IMG/VR virus record: IMGVR_UViG_3300020408_000003
Coordinates: 1-64,000 of that record
Length of the DNA: 64,000 nt
Reading direction: 5' to 3' (one strand)
DNA from: a virus
The translations under genes were made by a program, and so were the position numbers. Numbering within the stretch: position 1 is the stretch's first letter; every line of letters begins with the position of its first letter. This document shows positions 8,935 to 17,595 of the stretch, in pieces. The notes below the pieces were generated by a model. It was not told where the DNA came from and ran no database searches. It saw only the letters and a list, made by a program, of their open reading frames with translations.

Positions 8935-10225
8935 AACACCTCTTTATTATATCGGATTTGTCTTTATCAGTAATATTTTTAATTTGATCGTAGGTATAAT
9001 CTAAATTACGTAATCGATTATAAAATGTAAAACTATTTATTGTATTATTCATCGAACGAATAGCTATATCAGTTGCTTGTGATTCAGTCATATTATCGTT
9101 GTACCAACCCATATCATTAAATGAATATCCGTATTTATCAGGATCAATTCCTATTTTTGACTTTGGCGATATCGATAAAACTTGAAAACTATAACTATCA
9201 ATTGAATTTGTTTTATCTAACCAATCAACTGTAGCATTTAAAGTGTCTTGAGTTTCGTACGGCAATCCAGCAATGAATCCGCAAGATATTAAAATATCTG
9301 GATGCTTTTCTTTCATCCATTGCAATCCATCTTTTATTTTATTTGGATCCATACCCTTACCAATGGTTTTTGCAGATTTATGATTAAAACTTTCTATTCC
9401 AAAGAATACAGATTTTAATCCGCTTTCTGCTAATATATCCCAACTTTCTGGTTTTGAAATAATAAGATCTGCACGTGCATAGGATGAAAATTCTAAATCA
9501 AACGGTAATGTTTTAAACATATTTTTTAATTTTCTAATTTTTTCTACAGAATCATTATAGGTGTCATCACTAAACATATAACCTTCAGTTCCGTAATTAA
9601 TATAATTTCTCATCATTTCTTCTTTTAAAACTTTCGGTGATTTACAAAAATCCCAAAGTTTTTTACCGTTTAAAGGATAAGAACAAAAACTACATTTAAA
9701 TATACAACCTCTGGCTATTTCAATAGGTAAATGTTCTTTTTCAAAAATATAATCTGAATCATCCCACAATATTTGGCTTGTATTAAAATTAAAATCGTTT
9801 ATAAATTTATCTTCGGCAGGACCGTAAATGTACTTTACATTTTTAAATTCATTTTTTATCTTCATACCTCCAATCACTATTTGCATTCCTAAAGTTCTTA
9901 TATAACTAAATAATTCTTCGGCTTCTTGTTTTTCAATTCCAATGCTAGTGGCTTTTTCTAATTCGGATCTTATTTTAATTCGACTTTCAAAAGCATCAAA
10001 ATTTTTAGGAGCCATGAATGTAGAGCTAAAACCAATCCATGTGGTGTCTTTAGTTTTATATTTTAAAATGATATTTTTTATTTCATTTAAATTAAAAAAG
10101 GTAAAAAAATCTACAACTTTAACCTTTTCATTTTTTAATCTAAAATCTGAAGCAATTCTATAAGCACCAGCGGCTCTTCCTAAACCAATACTTCCATTTA
10201 CGTCTGTGAAAATGATAGCTTGCAT
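8894..10225 (-). CDS. B12-binding-type radical SAM protein
   Basis: ARGCIFKCSFC, DDTYN, FGIESF, IAGLPYET. Confidence 0.9.
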   Translation of the reverse strand: MQAIIFTDVNGSIGLGRAAGAYRIASDFRLKNEKVKVVDFFTFFNLNEIKNIILKYKTKDTTWIGFSSTFMAPKNFDAFESRIKIRSELEKATSIGIEKQEAEELFSYIRTLGMQIVIGGMKIKNEFKNVKYIYGPAEDKFINDFNFNTSQILWDDSDYIFEKEHLPIEIARGCIFKCSFCSYPLNGKKLWDFCKSPKVLKEEMMRNYINYGTEGYMFSDDTYNDSVEKIRKLKNMFKTLPFDLEFSSYARADLIISKPESWDILAESGLKSVFFGIESFNHKSAKTIGKGMDPNKIKDGLQWMKEKHPDILISCGFIAGLPYETQDTLNATVDWLDKTNSIDSYSFQVLSISPKSKIGIDPDKYGYSFNDMGWYNDNMTESQATDIAIRSMNNTINSFTFYNRLRNLDYTYDQIKNITDKDKSDIIKRCYVKHKQYANKTLQ

Positions 10226-10926
10226 TTAATTTTTTCTCTAAATTCATCTGTAAATACCCCGTCTATTCTTAAACAATACGAGGCTTGTGGTATGCCGTCT
10301 GAAGTATGTCTATCTTGATCATTAAACCAAGTACATGTTGATTCTGGATAATGTTTTACTTTTATTCCATTTTCTTGTTCATCAACTAAATGAAATCTCA
10401 TTTTATTTTTGTCTATAGTAAACCATAAAAATTCACACACATCATTTCTTTCACCATCATACATTCCATCACGATGTTCAGTTAGTATTGAAAAATGATC
10501 CAATGTAAAAAAGAATACTCTACCAAAATTTTCAAATGGAAGTGCGTTTATATATTTTACTAATTCAGGGAAATACTTTGCATTATGAGTCCATTCAGCA
10601 CCTTCACCAGAATCTTTATTTAAATATCCTTTATGTTTTTTTAAAAATACACCGCTAACAGAATAATGAATATCTTTCCAATACTTTAAAAATGTTCTTC
10701 TTTCGTAAGTAGTAAGCCCTTCAACTTCTTTCTCATATTTGTATTCTTCTTCATATGGATATATTAAATCATCTTGTAATTTATATACTCTAGGGCCAGG
10801 ATCACATATATGTGGATATGATTTTGCCAATCCCATAGCTATTTCTTTATCTAATTTCAAAAAACTTTCTGTATCAACTATATCGTCTAAATCTAAAAAT
10901 GGTATACTATAATCTAAACCTATCAT
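10198..10926 (-). CDS. 2OG-Fe(II)/cupin oxygenase-like protein
   Basis: EHRD...RH...LRIDG metal-binding pattern. Confidence 0.6.
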   Translation of the reverse strand: MIGLDYSIPFLDLDDIVDTESFLKLDKEIAMGLAKSYPHICDPGPRVYKLQDDLIYPYEEEYKYEKEVEGLTTYERRTFLKYWKDIHYSVSGVFLKKHKGYLNKDSGEGAEWTHNAKYFPELVKYINALPFENFGRVFFFTLDHFSILTEHRDGMYDGERNDVCEFLWFTIDKNKMRFHLVDEQENGIKVKHYPESTCTWFNDQDRHTSDGIPQASYCLRIDGVFTDEFREKIKCKLSFSQT

Positions 10927-11497
10927 ATATCTGTATTAACTCCTTATTATCTGTCTCATGTCTTTCAGGTAAACACGTTACAATGTGTATTCTATTTTGT
11001 TCTGTTGAACAATTCATTGCAGTATGTTCTTTTGTAGTATTAACTATAACAACTTCGCCTTCTTTTAAATTTAAAACCTGTGGAGGATCTGTGAATATAA
11101 ATCTACCTCCCTTTCCGTATGTATCATAAGCACCGTAAATGGGTATATGCATTCGAATTGTTTTATCTTTATGTAATGAATAACAAGTTTTAGGTGTTTG
11201 TATCATAATCCGTGTTCTTACAACGGGAAATGGGAGGTTTTTTAAACACTCAATAATATATTCATTTTCAATATCTTTATTCCATACATTAAATTGTGCG
11301 TCCGATGTTACAGATCCATCATTATACCATAGCGACCCAACTCCATCATAGTGTTTATTTTCAACAGTTTCGGGTAAATGCTGTAAAGCAATCTGTGAAA
11401 CTGAATCTGGAGGAGGACACTTTTTCTTTATAGATAAATATGATTGATATAATTCTTTTACATTAAATTTTATGTTATAATAAAAATGAGATTCCAT
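10907..11497 (-). CDS. Asp/Asn beta-hydroxylase-like 2OG-Fe(II) oxygenase
   Basis: YSLHKD..RMHIPI...HTAMN...RIHIV. Confidence 0.8.
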   Translation of the reverse strand: MESHFYYNIKFNVKELYQSYLSIKKKCPPPDSVSQIALQHLPETVENKHYDGVGSLWYNDGSVTSDAQFNVWNKDIENEYIIECLKNLPFPVVRTRIMIQTPKTCYSLHKDKTIRMHIPIYGAYDTYGKGGRFIFTDPPQVLNLKEGEVVIVNTTKEHTAMNCSTEQNRIHIVTCLPERHETDNKELIQIYDRFRL

Positions 11498-12641
11498 GAG
11501 TTTACGCCAAAGTAAATGGTTTTGTCCTGAGCCTTTTTCTAATATATTTATAACTACAGATGGAGCTGCTGCTCCGTGTTGTGTCTCTGGTCATTGGCCT
11601 TTGAAAGAGCATCAGACTCATAATATAAAAGATTGGAGTAAAGTTCAAAATAGTAAATATTTTAAAGGATTAAGAGAAGATTTATCAAAGGGTGCCGGTG
11701 ATTTTATATCTAATTATTGTAGTTGGTGTTATAAAAATGAAGAAGCCGGTAGAAAGTCGCATCGTCAAAATTATGTAGAAAGATTAACAGATGAAGAATG
11801 GGATTTATTAGATAAAGCTTATTTAGACAAAAATAATTATAAACCGCCTATCATTAAATCTATGCAAATTAAAGCATTGGCAGGAAACTATTGTAATTTA
11901 TCTTGTCAAATGTGTTTAGCTTCAGAGTCATCAGGTTTAGCATTAGAAAATCGTAAATTGGGAATTAAAGATAATCACCCTTTAGATAGACCTGCAAAAT
12001 ATCTTTTTCCGTGGGATCAAAATGGATTAGAAGAATATTTAAGAAAAACGCAAATATTAAAATTAGTTGGTGGTGAAACTCTAGCTATTAAAGCAAACTA
12101 TGATATTTTAAAAACGTGCATTGATAAAAAAATATCAGATAATATAAGCGTTGAAATTATAACAAATGCAACTATTTTTCCAAAGTTTGATAACTATGAT
12201 ATATTTGATTACATTCCATTTTTTAAAAATTTTAATATAACATGTAGCGTAGAAATATGGGGAGAAGAAAATGACTATATTCGTTATCCAAGTAAATGGG
12301 AAGAAACTGAAAAAAACATTTATAGATTAAATGAAACAAATGCAAATGTCGCAGTAGCTTCTACGGTCAATGCTTTGAATATCGGTTATTTAAATAAAAT
12401 GAAATTTCCAAGATATAGTTTTATGTCGGTAGTATCTGCAGATAATCCTTTTAGTATTACATCTATTCCACCAGATATTAGACAAAATCTAAATATATTA
12501 CCTGAACATAAAGAATTATTAAATGTGTTTAAATATGATAAAAATAATATGGATAAGATGTTAGAAGTTATCCGTAAAAGAGATCAGTTTAGAGGTACTA
12601 AACTTACTGATGTATTTCCTGAGTGGGATCGTTACTACTAA
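11496..12641 (+). CDS. Radical SAM protein with N-terminal twitch/SPASM-like domain
   Basis: CPEPF..PCC..CSWC; CNLSCQMC; GGET; YIRYPSKW. Confidence 0.85.
   Translation: MSLRQSKWFCPEPFSNIFITTDGAAAPCCVSGHWPLKEHQTHNIKDWSKVQNSKYFKGLREDLSKGAGDFISNYCSWCYKNEEAGRKSHRQNYVERLTDEEWDLLDKAYLDKNNYKPPIIKSMQIKALAGNYCNLSCQMCLASESSGLALENRKLGIKDNHPLDRPAKYLFPWDQNGLEEYLRKTQILKLVGGETLAIKANYDILKTCIDKKISDNISVEIITNATIFPKFDNYDIFDYIPFFKNFNITCSVEIWGEENDYIRYPSKWEETEKNIYRLNETNANVAVASTVNALNIGYLNKMKFPRYSFMSVVSADNPFSITSIPPDIRQNLNILPEHKELLNVFKYDKNNMDKMLEVIRKRDQFRGTKLTDVFPEWDRYY
11545..11552 (-). promoter_or_regulatory. Late promoter embedded in the plus-strand radical SAM gene
   Basis: TATAAATA about 48 nt upstream of the ATG at 11497. 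Confidence 0.55.
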
Positions 12642-13134
12642 GTATTTGCAATAATCTTATATGAGTAAGACTTGCATTAACTAAATAATGTTCTGTCATC
12701 CATTTCCAACAAATAGCGTCACCTTGTTTCCAATTAGTAATTACTTCATCTTCAACTCCAAATACTTGACCGCATTTCCAATCTTCTAAAAATATTAAAT
12801 TTTGCCATAAAGTTTCTAAATTATATTTTTTTCGATAAGGCTCTAATTCATCCACGTGTATTGGTAACATATTACCAGGACCTTGATCAATTAACATACA
12901 TTGTGCATGTTTCCAAGGACCATTAGGTGGATTATCACAATCTGCAACTCTAAATCTAATATTATGTGTTGTATATCCAGCTTTTTGATATCTTTTATAC
13001 TTGTGTTCGGTTTCTTTAGCTAACTCCATTCCGCATAATGAATGCTGTAACATTTTTAAATTTAATTCATCATGCCATTCTGGATTAACTTCAAAGTTTC
13101 CATAACGTATAATCTTATTCATCTTTCCTGCCAC
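12604..13134 (-). CDS. 2OG-Fe(II) oxygenase-like protein
   Basis: LPIHVD...IFLEDWKCGQ...EHYLVN...RLLQI. Confidence 0.7.
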   Translation of the reverse strand: MAGKMNKIIRYGNFEVNPEWHDELNLKMLQHSLCGMELAKETEHKYKRYQKAGYTTHNIRFRVADCDNPPNGPWKHAQCMLIDQGPGNMLPIHVDELEPYRKKYNLETLWQNLIFLEDWKCGQVFGVEDEVITNWKQGDAICWKWMTEHYLVNASLTHIRLLQILSSNDPTQEIHQ

Positions 13135-13646
13135 TCCGTTAATTCAATACCTGTAATTTTAGGAACATCTTTAAATTGTAAAGTATTTCGTATAAAATAA
13201 AATTTTCTATAATCAAAAGACATTTCTGTATAGCCTTCTATATCGATAAAATAAATTTCTTTATTTTCTGTTATTACAAAATTTTTAAGTGTTACGTCTG
13301 TAAAACCCCAATCAGATTTTCTTTCTATCATACCTTTCCATATTTTTTCATTAATATCTAAAGTTTTAATTTCTGCAGTCCTTAAATTATCTAATGTAAT
13401 ACCCTGAATATATTCTACTTCAAAATCTATTAACATATTTTGAGGGTTTTTATAAAAGTTAAACTTAGGAATTTTTATATCCCCGAATTCGTTTTTATCA
13501 TTGCTAAGAGTTTTATATCGTGACCCAGCATAATCAAGAATTTCTAAAGTTGGATATTTTCTATAATATTTAATAGTAAGATTTTCTGCGTAATAAAATT
13601 TATCTCTTTTATAGCTATAAATTTCTAATTCTTTTTCTATAGTCAT
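13119..13646 (-). CDS. Protein-kinase-like fold phosphotransferase (minimal)
   Basis: EYIQG hinge, TDVTLKNF catalytic loop, FIDIE. Confidence 0.6.
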   Translation of the reverse strand: MTIEKELEIYSYKRDKFYYAENLTIKYYRKYPTLEILDYAGSRYKTLSNDKNEFGDIKIPKFNFYKNPQNMLIDFEVEYIQGITLDNLRTAEIKTLDINEKIWKGMIERKSDWGFTDVTLKNFVITENKEIYFIDIEGYTEMSFDYRKFYFIRNTLQFKDVPKITGIELTEWQER

Positions 13647-14260
13647 GGACCTACTGATAGAAATATTCTATCTACTTCTCCTTTCTTTATTAAAACACGA
13701 TGAGGCATATGTGTTCTTATAATTCTATAACCTTCATTACAAACCAAATTAACTTTTTCTCCGTCTATAAATTCTAAAGCTTCTGGTTGTGAAAGTTGTA
13801 AAGCTTGATGATATCTCCATTCAAAAGCATCAGTATGATAAGGAAGATGTACACCAAATTTTGATGACATTGTATATAATACATTAAGATTTTTTTGTTT
13901 AAAATGATCTTCGCATTGTTGTATTATTAATTGTTGATCATTAATTCTATGTTTTGTAAAAACTTTATATAATATAACAGATACAGGAATTTTATAAACC
14001 ATATCATCAAATACTAATTGATATTTGTATATGCTAATATAATCTGATTCTATTATAGGAATATGACACAATTCTCTATGAGAAAGATGTGTATAATTTT
14101 TATAAGCATCAAATGGTTCTTGACATAAATGAAAATTAACACCGTCGTTAAAGTATAAATGATCTTTAATATGAGTTTTTAATAACTCTAATATGTCTTG
14201 CCCTAAATTTAAAGCTAATTCGTAATCAGCCGCAGCAGATAGTTTTTCATAATTTTTCAT
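13643..14260 (-). CDS. 2OG-Fe(II) oxygenase-like protein (start revised to 14260)
   Basis: LPYHTD...PHRV...RIFL; ATG lies 5 nt after TATAAATA. Confidence 0.65.
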   Translation of the reverse strand: MKNYEKLSAAADYELALNLGQDILELLKTHIKDHLYFNDGVNFHLCQEPFDAYKNYTHLSHRELCHIPIIESDYISIYKYQLVFDDMVYKIPVSVILYKVFTKHRINDQQLIIQQCEDHFKQKNLNVLYTMSSKFGVHLPYHTDAFEWRYHQALQLSQPEALEFIDGEKVNLVCNEGYRIIRTHMPHRVLIKKGEVDRIFLSVGP

Positions 14261-14265
14261 GAAAG

Positions 14266-14273
14266 TATTTATA
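14266..14273 (-). promoter_or_regulatory. Late promoter heading the tailoring-enzyme island
   Basis: Exact TATAAATA. Confidence 0.75.
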
Positions 14274-14274
14274 T

Positions 14275-14622
14275 GACCAGATTCTGTTCCCAAGCTCTGG
14301 TCAGGCTCGGTATAATTACGCTGCTTGTGCGTAATCTACGGGTGCAAAATTATCGTTTGCATTTATTTTTTCGTAGACTCAATTACCTGTCGATCCTATT
14401 TCGCCCCCACAAAGATACACTAGCTGATTCTACCTATCAATCAGACGATGTTAACCGGATGTGCATTCCCTTGTGCACCCTGCGGTGAAGCCGTTGTGTA
14501 CCGTAGGTATTGCTCCATATTACAGTTGGGCTCCCAAGTTCATATGTCAAAACCTAGTGTATCTATGGTGGAGGCGACGGGTACCGCCCCCGTGTCCAGT
14601 ATAACCTCTAACATCTACTATA
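14275..14622 (-). ncRNA. ssrA: Circularly permuted (two-piece) tmRNA, alphaproteobacterial type; tag ANDNFAPVDYAQAA
   Basis: Acceptor piece GGACACGGG-GGCGGTA-CCCGTCGCCTCCACCA ends at 14566; coding piece GGGGGCGAAATAGGATCGAC starts at 14408; G3.U70 pair; tag reading frame 14360-14316; closing hairpin GACCAGA..TCTGGTC. Confidence 0.95.
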
Positions 14623-14628
14623 ATATTT

Positions 14629-14658
14629 ATTATATTACACTTTTGATATGATGTAAAC
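14629..14658 (-). promoter_or_regulatory. Sigma70-type promoter for tmRNA
   Basis: GTTTACA-N17-TATAAT. Confidence 0.85.
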
Positions 14659-14660
14659 AG

Positions 14661-15683
14661 TTAATTTGGTTTTGCTGCATCTATACCTGGAAGATATTCG
14701 CTCATGCCAAGTAATTCACCATCTGTAAATTTTCCATCGAAAGGATCAAAGTCACCCATAGTAATTGCATCAACTAAATTTTTTGCTACTATTTGAACTG
14801 CTGGTGGCATATTCGTAAAAGGTGCCATTTCAACCATACCTGTGTCCATACCTCCCCAAGTATCTGCTGATTCCCAAGTACCGTTCAGAACTGCTCTTAC
14901 TCTTTCAACATAATACGGACCCCATTGATCTATAATAGCTGTAAGTTGAGTATTGGGTGCAAACTTAATCATATCAGATGCTTGACCAAATGCTTTGATA
15001 CCAGCTTTTTCTGCAACTTGTAATGCTGCAGTAGAATCTGTATGTTGTGTAATAATATCTGCGCCTTGTTGAATTAATACTTCGGCAGCATCACTTTCTT
15101 TTGCGGGATCATACCAAGTATTAACCCATACAACATCAATATCAAAATCTGGATTTACTGAAGTAGCACCAAGATAAAAAGCGTTAATACCTCGAATAAC
15201 TTCAGGAATTGGGAAAGAAGCGATATAACCTGCTTTTCCTTTTTCACTCATCATTCCAGCAATAACACCTTGAATATATCTACCTTCATAAAATTTAGAA
15301 GAATATACAGCCATATTATCAGCAGTTTTATATCCAGTTGCGTGTTCAAACTTTATATTCGGAAATTTCTTTGCAACATTTAACATTTGTTCCATGTACC
15401 CAAAAGAAGTAGCAAATATCATGTCGACGCCGTTCATAGCCATTTGCGTCATAACTCTTTCAGCATCAGGTCCATATTTTACACTTTCGACATAAGTCGT
15501 TGTAACGTCATCACCAAATTCTTTTTCAATTGCTTTACGCCCTTCGTCATGCATGTATGTCCAACCATGATCACCTGTCGGTCCGACATAAATAAAGCCG
15601 ACTTGAAGTTTGTCAGCTGATACGGTAGTAACTAAAAATAGCGGCATTAATAGGACAGCCAGTCCTTTTATGAATGATCTCAT
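14661..15683 (-). CDS. BMP family ABC transporter substrate-binding protein (purine/nucleoside-binding type); start revised to 15683
   Basis: Signal peptide, GFIYVGP.GDHGWTY.H, ATSFGY, FEHATGY, PIPEVIRGINAF, QHTDS. Confidence 0.9.
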   Translation of the reverse strand: MRSFIKGLAVLLMPLFLVTTVSADKLQVGFIYVGPTGDHGWTYMHDEGRKAIEKEFGDDVTTTYVESVKYGPDAERVMTQMAMNGVDMIFATSFGYMEQMLNVAKKFPNIKFEHATGYKTADNMAVYSSKFYEGRYIQGVIAGMMSEKGKAGYIASFPIPEVIRGINAFYLGATSVNPDFDIDVVWVNTWYDPAKESDAAEVLIQQGADIITQHTDSTAALQVAEKAGIKAFGQASDMIKFAPNTQLTAIIDQWGPYYVERVRAVLNGTWESADTWGGMDTGMVEMAPFTNMPPAVQIVAKNLVDAITMGDFDPFDGKFTDGELLGMSEYLPGIDAAKPN

Positions 15684-15728
15684 AAACAGATTTCCTTTCG
15701 ATGTTTTGATTGTTGTTAAATAATTATA

Positions 15729-15736
15729 TATAAATA
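15729..15736 (+). promoter_or_regulatory. Late promoter for the plus-strand gene at 15809
   Basis: TATAAATA, then AGGAG RBS before the ATG. Confidence 0.65.
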
Positions 15737-15808
15737 CTATTGTCAATATATTATTCTCCCATTATGTTTATTTTTTGAAATGAATTAAAAAATTCATAGG
15801 AGAAATTT

Positions 15809-16321
15809 ATGGATCCAGTATCCGCAGTCGCTATAGCTGGTGCCGCGTTTAGCGCCATCAAGAAAGGCTTTGCTTTCGGTCGAGACATGGAGAGTATGTC
15901 TAAAGATCTCGGTCGATGGATGGGCGCTATGAGCGATATTAAAAAATGTGAAGAACAGGCAAACAAGCCTCCATTATTTAAAAAACTTTTTTTCGCTGGT
16001 TCAGTTGAAGAAGAAGCACTGAACACTTTTATGGCTAAAAAGAAAGCCGAAGATATGAGAGAAGAGTTAAAAAGATTAATCATGTTTACTCGTGGTCAAA
16101 GTGCGTGGAACGAACTATTAAAAACAGAAGCAGATATTAGAAAGAAACGACAAGAAGCTATATACGCACAAGAAGAATTCCGTCAAAAAATTATTGACGG
16201 AATTTTAATTATTATAGCTTCAAGTATAATGATATTAGGTGTATCATTTATAGTTTATCTTATTGGTATTAACCAAGGATTATGGCAACCAATCGATTGG
16301 TGGAAATTAATCGGTGGATAA
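15809..16321 (+). CDS. Hypothetical coiled-coil protein with C-terminal TM helix
   Basis: AGGAG RBS; hydrophobic C-terminal segment. Confidence 0.75.
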   Translation: MDPVSAVAIAGAAFSAIKKGFAFGRDMESMSKDLGRWMGAMSDIKKCEEQANKPPLFKKLFFAGSVEEEALNTFMAKKKAEDMREELKRLIMFTRGQSAWNELLKTEADIRKKRQEAIYAQEEFRQKIIDGILIIIASSIMILGVSFIVYLIGINQGLWQPIDWWKLIGG

Positions 16322-16639
16322 TAAATCCTTTATATAGGTTTGGCCATACGCATTCTTTTGACCAGCAGATTTTTGATCATGCACGTGAAGTTGAATAATT
16401 GCATAATGAAGTATTTTCATTAAATCTTTTCTTGCTTCTTCGTGCGAACCTTTTTTTCCATAACGTTGTGCATATTTTAAAATATTTCCAATACAAAATC
16501 CTGTACCGTGTCCACCGTCAACGATAAATTCTGCTGCTTGAAATTTTTCTTTAGAATAGTGACTGCTATACGTTGAATCAATATGTGTAGCTAAGTCTCT
16601 TATACTTTTATCTTCATTAAATTTATAATCTATTTTCAT
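16307..16639 (-). CDS. DUF3310 (SaV-like / T7 gp1.7-like) protein
   Basis: HY...GFCIGNILKYAQRYGKK...DLMKILHYA. Confidence 0.8.
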   Translation of the reverse strand: MKIDYKFNEDKSIRDLATHIDSTYSSHYSKEKFQAAEFIVDGGHGTGFCIGNILKYAQRYGKKGSHEEARKDLMKILHYAIIQLHVHDQKSAGQKNAYGQTYIKDLLSTD

Positions 16640-16905
16640 TTATTTTCCTTGTACCAAAGTTCGGCAGCATCCATAATCATATTAGTATACTTTATTCTAT
16701 AACCAGTACCAGCTTTTAAATCATCGATGTTGACTAATTTTTTATGCGGATGAGTAATCTCATTCCATTTTTCAATAAGTTTTTCACAAAGATTATCAAA
16801 TTGAAAATCAGTTAATACTGATTTATCTTTTTCATAATAAAGATATGATGACATCAAAAAGTATGCCATCATTCTATTTGGAGATAAATTTTCTATCATC
16901 CCCAA
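16636..16905 (-). CDS. Standalone NAD-ligase domain Ia-like protein
   Basis: SYLYYEKDKSVLTDFQFD resembles LigA YY..D.P.ISD..YD. Confidence 0.6.
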   Translation of the reverse strand: MGMIENLSPNRMMAYFLMSSYLYYEKDKSVLTDFQFDNLCEKLIEKWNEITHPHKKLVNIDDLKAGTGYRIKYTNMIMDAAELWYKENK

Positions 16906-17168
16906 TTCTTTCTATCAGTTTCATTTTCATAGCCAAAAGTATATTGAGCAATTTGAAGCGGATCCATTTGTTCAGCTTCGATTTTGATACCATTATTAGT
17001 ACCCATCGGCCAATAATGTGGATCATAAGGTCGACCGTAGTAGCGATCTGCACTACCACGATCTAGAGGAGAACCGTGTTCAGCTTTTGCTCTTAAGTCA
17101 TGAAAACATTTTTTAGGATCAAACATGTCAGACTCCAATAATTCTCTTACTTCTGCTGGTATATTCAT
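16896..17168 (-). CDS. Hypothetical early protein
   Basis: HGSPLDRGSADRYYGR..PHY motif; in operon. Confidence 0.7.
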   Translation of the reverse strand: MNIPAEVRELLESDMFDPKKCFHDLRAKAEHGSPLDRGSADRYYGRPYDPHYWPMGTNNGIKIEAEQMDPLQIAQYTFGYENETDRKNWG

Positions 17169-17290
17169 TATATATTACTCCCCATATATTGTATTATTGA
17201 CCACCAAGTATATTGTGATCCTTGTCCAAAATCTATCCAACCTAAGGCAAAAGCCATAAGGACTAAACAACCTAATAAATCTCTAAGCAT
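17168..17290 (-). CDS. 40-aa membrane peptide (not in ORF track)
   Basis: MLRDLLGCLVLMAFALGWIDFGQGSQYTWWSIIQYMGSNI fills the gap with TAATG coupling to the next gene. Confidence 0.6.
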   Translation of the reverse strand: MLRDLLGCLVLMAFALGWIDFGQGSQYTWWSIIQYMGSNI

Positions 17291-17483
17291 GTCCTTGACC
17301 CGCAACTTCAAATACGAAATCATGTACATTGTGCTTATTTAAACCAGTCATTTCAAGGTTTGGAACTTTTAAAATTTTTTCAACTGCGGTGTCAATACTA
17401 ATATGACCATCACCTAACGTTGTAATAATATCGTCTACTGCGATTTCAGCTTGATTTTCTGCTAATCTTTTAGTAGCTGCCAT
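17283..17483 (-). CDS. Hypothetical early protein
   Basis: GAGGAG RBS directly after an early-type promoter. Confidence 0.7.
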   Translation of the reverse strand: MAATKRLAENQAEIAVDDIITTLGDGHISIDTAVEKILKVPNLEMTGLNKHNVHDFVFEVAGQGHA

Positions 17484-17511
17484 AATTTATCTCCTCATTA
17501 GTTATAGTATT

Positions 17512-17593
17512 AATATAATGCTTTTTTCAGAAATGTAAACCCCTAAAATCCACTTTTTTTAAATTAATTTAATATTGTTACATATATGTTACA
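17512..17593 (-). promoter_or_regulatory. Early-type promoter with A-tract and TGT-N12-ACA box
   Basis: GTTTACA-N16-TATATT; box TGTTACATATATGTTACA at 17576-17593. Confidence 0.7.
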
Positions 17594-17595
17594 TA

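Noticed and set aside
14273-14651. Plus-strand ORFs 14273-14488 and 14448-14651, and the N-terminal extension of 13643-14293
   Set aside because: They overlap the tmRNA and its hairpin; no RBS or protein-like features; the ATG at 14260 fits the late promoter
15718-15746. TTGACA promoter for the BMP gene
   Set aside because: TATAAT is only 12 nt away and the hexamer at 17-nt spacing is poor; not called
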